From Candidatus Magasanikiibacteriota bacterium (GTDB lineage: Bacteria > Patescibacteriota > Patescibacteriia > Magasanikbacterales > GWA2-37-8): a stretch of 64,000 nucleotides of DNA. Positions within the stretch are counted from its first letter, which is position 1. The number at the start of each line of letters is the position of its first letter. Where the stretch lies: the NCBI GenBank assembly GCA_963840935.1, contig CAWJAS010000002.1:71333-135332 (forward strand). The letters run 5' to 3'. A program made the translations under genes and the position numbers. A model generated the notes under the pieces. It searched no databases. It worked only from the letters and a program-made list of their open reading frames with translations, and had not been told where the DNA came from. Positions 60,000 through 64,000 of this stretch are shown here, piece after piece.

Positions 60000-60033
60000 G
60001 CCCCTATAGTTTAATGGATAGAATATCAGGCTT
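60000..60033 (+). repeat. 34-nt copy of the tRNA-Arg(TCG) 5' half (acceptor through anticodon nt 34-35), 90 bp upstream of the intact gene
   Basis: GCCCCTATAGTTTAATGGATAGAATATCAGGCTT is identical to 60124..60157 and diverges in the anticodon loop. It is followed by the hairpins cggttttgt...acaaaaccg and cccgcc-tttat-ggcggg. Confidence 0.7.
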
Positions 60034-60123
60034 TGCCGGTTTTGTCTGTGAACGAAGAGAGCGGATACAAAACCGAGCATCCCGCCTTTATGGCGGGACG
60101 AACCTTTCCAATAATATAATTTA

Positions 60124-60195
60124 GCCCCTATAGTTTAATGGATAGAATATCAGGCTTCGAACCTGAAGATGGGAGTTCGATTCTCTCTGGGGGCA
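60124..60195 (+). tRNA. tRNA-Arg (anticodon TCG)
   Basis: GCCCCTATAGTTTAATGGATAGAATATCAGGCTTCGAACCTGAAGATGGGAGTTCGATTCTCTCTGGGGGCA. Anticodon loop CTTCGAA, T-loop TTCGATT. A terminator aaaaccatattaatggttttt follows. Confidence 0.85.
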
Positions 60196-60227
60196 CAAAA
60201 ACCATATTAATGGTTTTTATGACCACA

Positions 60228-60389
60228 AGCGACTAAACAGTTTTAGTCGCGTGAGAAATCGAACGCCGGAGCGATGTTTGGCGAGCCTGCGGGCGAGACA
60301 AACCGCAATTCGCCAACTGGCGAAGGTGGCTAGACAAAATTTTCGGAAGAAAATTTTAGTCAGAAGCCAATTCTCTCTGGGGGCACAAA
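60228..60389 (+). other. Conserved tRNA-associated element, copy 2. It ends with a 19-nt copy (60371..60389) of the tRNA-Arg(TCG) 3' end
   Basis: The evidence is as for copy 1. The terminal ttctctctgggggcacaaa duplicates 60181..60199. The element abuts the RBS (aaggag) of the gene at 60418. Confidence 0.5.
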
Positions 60390-60417
60390 GAACCGTTCAT
60401 TAAAAAAGGAGAAGAAG

Positions 60418-60993
60418 ATGGAATTCAACAACGCTCTTATCGGCCTAATAGCCGGTTTTGTGTCGCTAATCGGCTTCATACCCTATATTATCTCGATAAT
60501 TCGTGGGAAAACGCGTCCCAACCGGGCGTCTTGGTGGATTTGGTCGTTTATCGGTTTTCTGCTTCTGGCAAGCTATGCCGCGTCAGGGGCGACCGATACA
60601 ATTTGGGTTCCGATAAGCTATGTGATTGGCCCATTTATTACCGCCCTTCTTTCCATCAAATATGGCGAAGGGGGGTGGAATATTTTTGACCGCTCATGCA
60701 TTCTTGTGGCTACTTCAAGCGCGGTCCTCTGGTTCATCTTTGATTCGGCGCTGATCGCTCTTGTCATCAATCTTGCCATAGATACAAGTGGCGCTTTGCC
60801 GACGATAAGAAAGGTTTATCTCGATCCAGACAGCGAAGATAAACTTTCATGGTTTTTATTTTGCACCGGAAGCGGACTCAACTTACTTGCGATAAACGAA
60901 TGGTCGTTTGTTATCGCTTCATACCCTCTTTACTTGTTCATTGGAAGCAGTGTTATTACTTCGCTAATTTTTTTCAAACGGCGTAAAAAATAA
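60418..60993 (+). CDS. Polytopic membrane protein (191 aa), hypothetical. GC content visibly above the local background
   Basis: A strong SD, six hydrophobic segments and a basic C-terminus. Confidence 0.5.
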   Translation: MEFNNALIGLIAGFVSLIGFIPYIISIIRGKTRPNRASWWIWSFIGFLLLASYAASGATDTIWVPISYVIGPFITALLSIKYGEGGWNIFDRSCILVATSSAVLWFIFDSALIALVINLAIDTSGALPTIRKVYLDPDSEDKLSWFLFCTGSGLNLLAINEWSFVIASYPLYLFIGSSVITSLIFFKRRKK

Positions 60994-61045
60994 AAAAGTT
61001 CATCCAACAAAAAAGACCTCCCTTAAAGGAGGTCTTTATCTTTTT

Positions 61046-61873
61046 TTACACAACTGCTCCATCTATTTTTATTTTTCCCATTTTAAAATTTTCATTCTCA
61101 GAAAGCACCGCGCTTACTTCATTTATTATTTTTTCTAAATCTTTTTCATCTTTGGCAAAAATAATTATCACAAAAGGAAAAGCGGAACTGAATAATTCGC
61201 CAAAACCGTGACTACCAAAAGCAATATTAACTGCTATCCGCAATTCTTCGTTCGCATATTCATCAGGCAAATATGCTCGTTCAATCACAAACCCCATTGG
61301 CAATCCAATTTCTACATTCGGATTAAAACCTCCGATTGCATCATAATAGACAACGCGCGCATTATGGAAATCTACCGGCCTCTCCATATCTCCGGCCAAA
61401 ATGTGAGTTCGCTCAGCCGGGTGACCCATTTCTTTAATTTTATCCGCCAATTTATCAGACCACATTTTGGCATACTCCTCAATTTTAAAAGCCAAATTTT
61501 CATGAGTATTCGCATCAGGAAAATCCCGTTTATAAGCGATGCCCGCTGCCCCACACCCGCCGTGGCTGGTTATATTTGTAACACCTTGCTCGATCATCAA
61601 TTTAGCAACTTTTTCCAATCTATCTGCTTCATTATCGGCCGTAAATAATATTCCGCTTCCGCCAATGCAAAATTTTGCTTCTCCGTTAATGTCTTTGTGC
61701 GCCGTGCCTTCATCCATGCAAACAACACATTTCTGCGGGCTCCTAAAAGCGCGTTTAATATCCGGAAATTCTCTTTCAAAAAAAGATGATGCTCCCAATT
61801 CATATAATTTTTCTAAATCAGAATTTTCCAATTCAAAGGTAAGCCCTTTTTCTTTGATAATTTCATTATCCAT
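61046..61873 (-). CDS. Hypothetical protein (275 aa), Cys/Gly-containing, no family recognised
   Basis: A long ORF with consistent codon usage, including CVVCMDEG...GGSGIL...SHGGCGAAG. Confidence 0.45.
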   Translation of the reverse strand: MDNEIIKEKGLTFELENSDLEKLYELGASSFFEREFPDIKRAFRSPQKCVVCMDEGTAHKDINGEAKFCIGGSGILFTADNEADRLEKVAKLMIEQGVTNITSHGGCGAAGIAYKRDFPDANTHENLAFKIEEYAKMWSDKLADKIKEMGHPAERTHILAGDMERPVDFHNARVVYYDAIGGFNPNVEIGLPMGFVIERAYLPDEYANEELRIAVNIAFGSHGFGELFSSAFPFVIIIFAKDEKDLEKIINEVSAVLSENENFKMGKIKIDGAVV

Positions 61874-62094
61874 AACTAAAATAATATATAATTAATGATA
61901 ATAGTTTACCTAAAATATCGCTTTCAAGTCAAGTAAAAAAAATTTTCACATCTAACACGCTAACCTGTGCATAACTTTGCTTGACGCTATTCACATTTTT
62001 ATAATAGCACTATATAATATAAGTAGGTCGATTGAGGTTTGTGCCGAATGCTTGTTGGCAAAAACTTCAAAAAAAATTTAAAAATAATTTTTTT

Positions 62095-62146
62095 CTCGCG
62101 ATCGCGAGTTTGAAAAAAATTTCATCTGCTTCGCATTTTCGCGAAG
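62095..62146 (+). promoter_or_regulatory. Two palindromes upstream of the small basic protein gene (candidate operator sites)
   Basis: ctcgcgatcgcgag (14-bp perfect palindrome, 62095..62108) and cttcgc-attttc-gcgaag (62129..62146). Both contain tcgcga half-sites. Confidence 0.35.
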
Positions 62147-62165
62147 ATGAAAGGAGGTGTCAACT

Positions 62166-62291
62166 ATGCCAGCTAAAAAGAAAGCCGCCAAAAAGAAACC
62201 GGCCAAAAAGAAAGTAGCCAAGAAAAAAGTGGCCAAGAAAGTAACAAAAAAGAAACCGGCAAAACGAAAAGCCGCCAAGAAACGCAAATAG
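62166..62291 (+). CDS. Small Lys/Ala-rich highly basic protein (41 aa; histone H1 / Hc1-like tail composition)
   Basis: A strong SD (gaaaggaggtg) 7 nt before the ATG. Encodes MPAKKKAAKKKPAKKKVAKKKVAKKVTKKKPAKRKAAKKRK, followed by a terminator. Below the 60-aa cutoff of the ORF track. Confidence 0.55.
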   Translation: MPAKKKAAKKKPAKKKVAKKKVAKKVTKKKPAKRKAAKKRK

Positions 62292-62302
62292 TCTTGGAAA
62301 AC

Positions 62303-62333
62303 AAACCACCTCGCATGTGCGAGGTGGTTTTTT
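62303..62333. terminator. Bidirectional Rho-independent terminator
   Basis: aaaccacctcgca-tgtg-cgaggtggtttttt. Confidence 0.75.
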
Positions 62334-62337
62334 GATA

Positions 62338-63615
62338 TTAAATAAGCAAACGACTTTGACTACTACTGTTTTTTTGAGGAAATAAATCAAAACGTCCGTA
62401 TATTCCATCATAACCCGGATACAAGCTTATTTTCCCCGACCGCATATTTTCTATGGCCAAAGCTAAATCGGAATTAACGACCGCTTGCTGAATATTTTCA
62501 ATCGGTTCATCAATCAATATGTTGAATTCGTCGCCAAATTTTGATACCAACCTTTCGTATTCGGCCATTACTTTTTTGCTTTTTACGCCGGCGCCATGAA
62601 CAAAAGATATTATTTCAATCAAAGGCACAATATATTTGTGAGGAATAAATTTATTTTTTATAATATCTTTTGTTTCACGGTCGGATAAATCTTCGACGCG
62701 ATGCAAAACTCCGACCGTTAATTTCCTTTTGCACTCGGGGCAAATAAATTTTTCTTTTTTTGTTTGTTTCGGAGAAAAACATACTTTGCAATCAGCGTGT
62801 CCATCAAAATGATATTTGCCCTCTTCGGGAAAAAATTCAATCGTAAACAAAAACTTTTTTCTGTCACCTTGTTTTATTATTTTACATATATTGTCATAAG
62901 TAATTTCTGATTCATTTTCAAATTCAAAAACATTCGCTTCGCGCCCTAATTTTTCCAAGCTATGCGCGTCTGAATTTGACACCAATGTATAACGGTCAAG
63001 CGCGCTCCACAATCTATTCATTGGCGGGTCGCTCGACAAACCGGTTTCTAGCGCGCATATATGCGGAGATAAATCTTCAAAACAATCTTCAACACTATCA
63101 TAACCGGACTTCGAACCAAATATTGAAAACCACGGCGTCCATACGTGGGCCGGAATCATCAAAAAATGTTCGTCTATTTCTAAAAGCATTTGCAAAACTT
63201 GCTTTGCGCTTAACCCCATAATAGGTCGGCCGTCAGATCGCAAATTTACACCCTTTTCTTCCAGGGCATTATTTAATTTTTCCACGGCTTCAATGTTAGG
63301 CGCGAGAATGACCAAGTGCAAACGCCGAGTAGCCTCTTTGTGCTTGTAAATGCACGATACTTCCGTAGAAAGTATGAATTTTGTCTTTTGTTGCCCAATA
63401 CTTGATGGTTTTCCTTTTATATGATACAATCCTTTGTTGGCCGGAATTAGCGTTTCTTTGATATGCTCAAGCCATTTAGGATGCGTAAAATCACCGGTAG
63501 CGCATATATTTATTCCCTTTTTTTGACAGGCTAAATCGATTTTTGGCAATTCTAAATTAGGCGAACAAGCCCGTGAATATTTGGAATGAATATGTAAATC
63601 CAAGATTTGTCGCAT
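62338..63615 (-). CDS. PHP-domain protein, endonuclease Q (EndoQ)-like
   Basis: 425 aa. The N-terminal PHP motif LDLHIHSKYSRACS has further His/Asp metal ligands, and a C-terminal zinc finger reads CPECKRKLTVGVLHRVEDL. This matches the EndoQ architecture; the family assignment is from memory. Confidence 0.5.
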   Translation of the reverse strand: MRQILDLHIHSKYSRACSPNLELPKIDLACQKKGINICATGDFTHPKWLEHIKETLIPANKGLYHIKGKPSSIGQQKTKFILSTEVSCIYKHKEATRRLHLVILAPNIEAVEKLNNALEEKGVNLRSDGRPIMGLSAKQVLQMLLEIDEHFLMIPAHVWTPWFSIFGSKSGYDSVEDCFEDLSPHICALETGLSSDPPMNRLWSALDRYTLVSNSDAHSLEKLGREANVFEFENESEITYDNICKIIKQGDRKKFLFTIEFFPEEGKYHFDGHADCKVCFSPKQTKKEKFICPECKRKLTVGVLHRVEDLSDRETKDIIKNKFIPHKYIVPLIEIISFVHGAGVKSKKVMAEYERLVSKFGDEFNILIDEPIENIQQAVVNSDLALAIENMRSGKISLYPGYDGIYGRFDLFPQKNSSSQSRLLI

Positions 63616-63677
63616 ATTAATATGTTACTGTCGCGCTTACATAATATCATTAGTCACTTTTAAGGTCAAAATTAAAT

Positions 63678-64000
63678 ATGTACATGAATTATTTATCATA
63701 CATCAATCAAATTACGGAAATTTGTCGTAAAAATAACCATCATTTAATAAACATCGGGATGATTAATAACCATCCTCTCTTGATGATTGTTGCTGGAAAT
63801 GTAAAATCTAAAAATGTAATTTGCTTCAGCGCCGGAATTCATGGCAACGAAATATCCGGGCCTCTGGCTGTGCTTGATTTTTTAAACCAATACCGCGCAT
63901 CAAAAAATGATCCAAAAATAATTATTTTCCCTGTTGCGAACCCTGTCGGGTTTAATGATAACACATACTTTGTGCGTGATGGACAAAATCTGAACAGAAA
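63678..64000 (+). CDS. Succinylglutamate desuccinylase / aspartoacylase (AstE/AspA, M14-like) family protein, partial (runs off window end)
   Basis: MYMNYLSYINQITE...ICFSAGIHGNEISGP...IIIFPVANPVGF. It has the GxHGNE zinc-binding motif of the family. Confidence 0.55.
   Translation, partial: MYMNYLSYINQITEICRKNNHHLINIGMINNHPLLMIVAGNVKSKNVICFSAGIHGNEISGPLAVLDFLNQYRASKNDPKIIIFPVANPVGFNDNTYFVRDGQNLNR

Overview
The window is AT-rich (~37-40% GC) bacterial DNA that looks like a Candidate Phyla Radiation / Patescibacteria genome. That attribution is inference from gene content and genome style: one giant 3662-aa surface protein, small genes, polysaccharide and type IV pilus genes, and little biosynthesis.

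Recognisable genes and RNAs:
- **Housekeeping CDS:** uvrA (partial), a DsbA-like oxidoreductase, secG, a family-5 solute-binding protein, RNase J, a dGTPase-like HD protein, miaB-miaA, thrS, ftsH, an S1-like protein, gyrA, a FemAB-like transferase, rpmF, nusB, rnc, an AlkD-like repair protein, a PHP/EndoQ-like protein and a partial AstE/AspA-family protein.
- **Polysaccharide locus:** a polyprenyl-phosphate sugar transferase plus three GT4 glycosyltransferases and a DUF4012-like membrane protein.
- **RNA genes:** RNase P RNA (minus strand) and four tRNAs: Leu-CAG, Arg-CCG, Lys-CTT and Arg-TCG.
- **Surface-protein / pilus block (37.8-47 kb):** two paralogous secreted proteins, a C-terminally anchored surface protein, a dockerin-like protein, two cohesin-like proteins and PilB.

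The most unusual observations:
1. A conserved ~140-nt element with compensatory (covarying) hairpins sits downstream of two different tRNA genes inside ~190-bp units. Each unit ends in a copy of that tRNA's 3' end, and a 5' tRNA fragment also lies upstream of each gene (58.8-60.4 kb).
2. A ~1.4-kb island of 52-66% GC lies inside the low-GC genome (55.6-57.0 kb). It carries one high-GC ORF and an ~850-nt repeat-containing stretch with no long ORF.
3. gyrA is broken by four +1 frameshifts within ~900 bp and rnc by one, while an 11-kb giant ORF elsewhere is intact.
4. Short GC-rich hairpin / inverted-repeat segments sit in-frame inside consecutive glycosyltransferase genes.
5. Two pairs of back-to-back divergent consensus promoters share a near-identical 29-mer.
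6. thrS has a T-box-like leader.

No CRISPR array and no transposase or integrase gene were seen.
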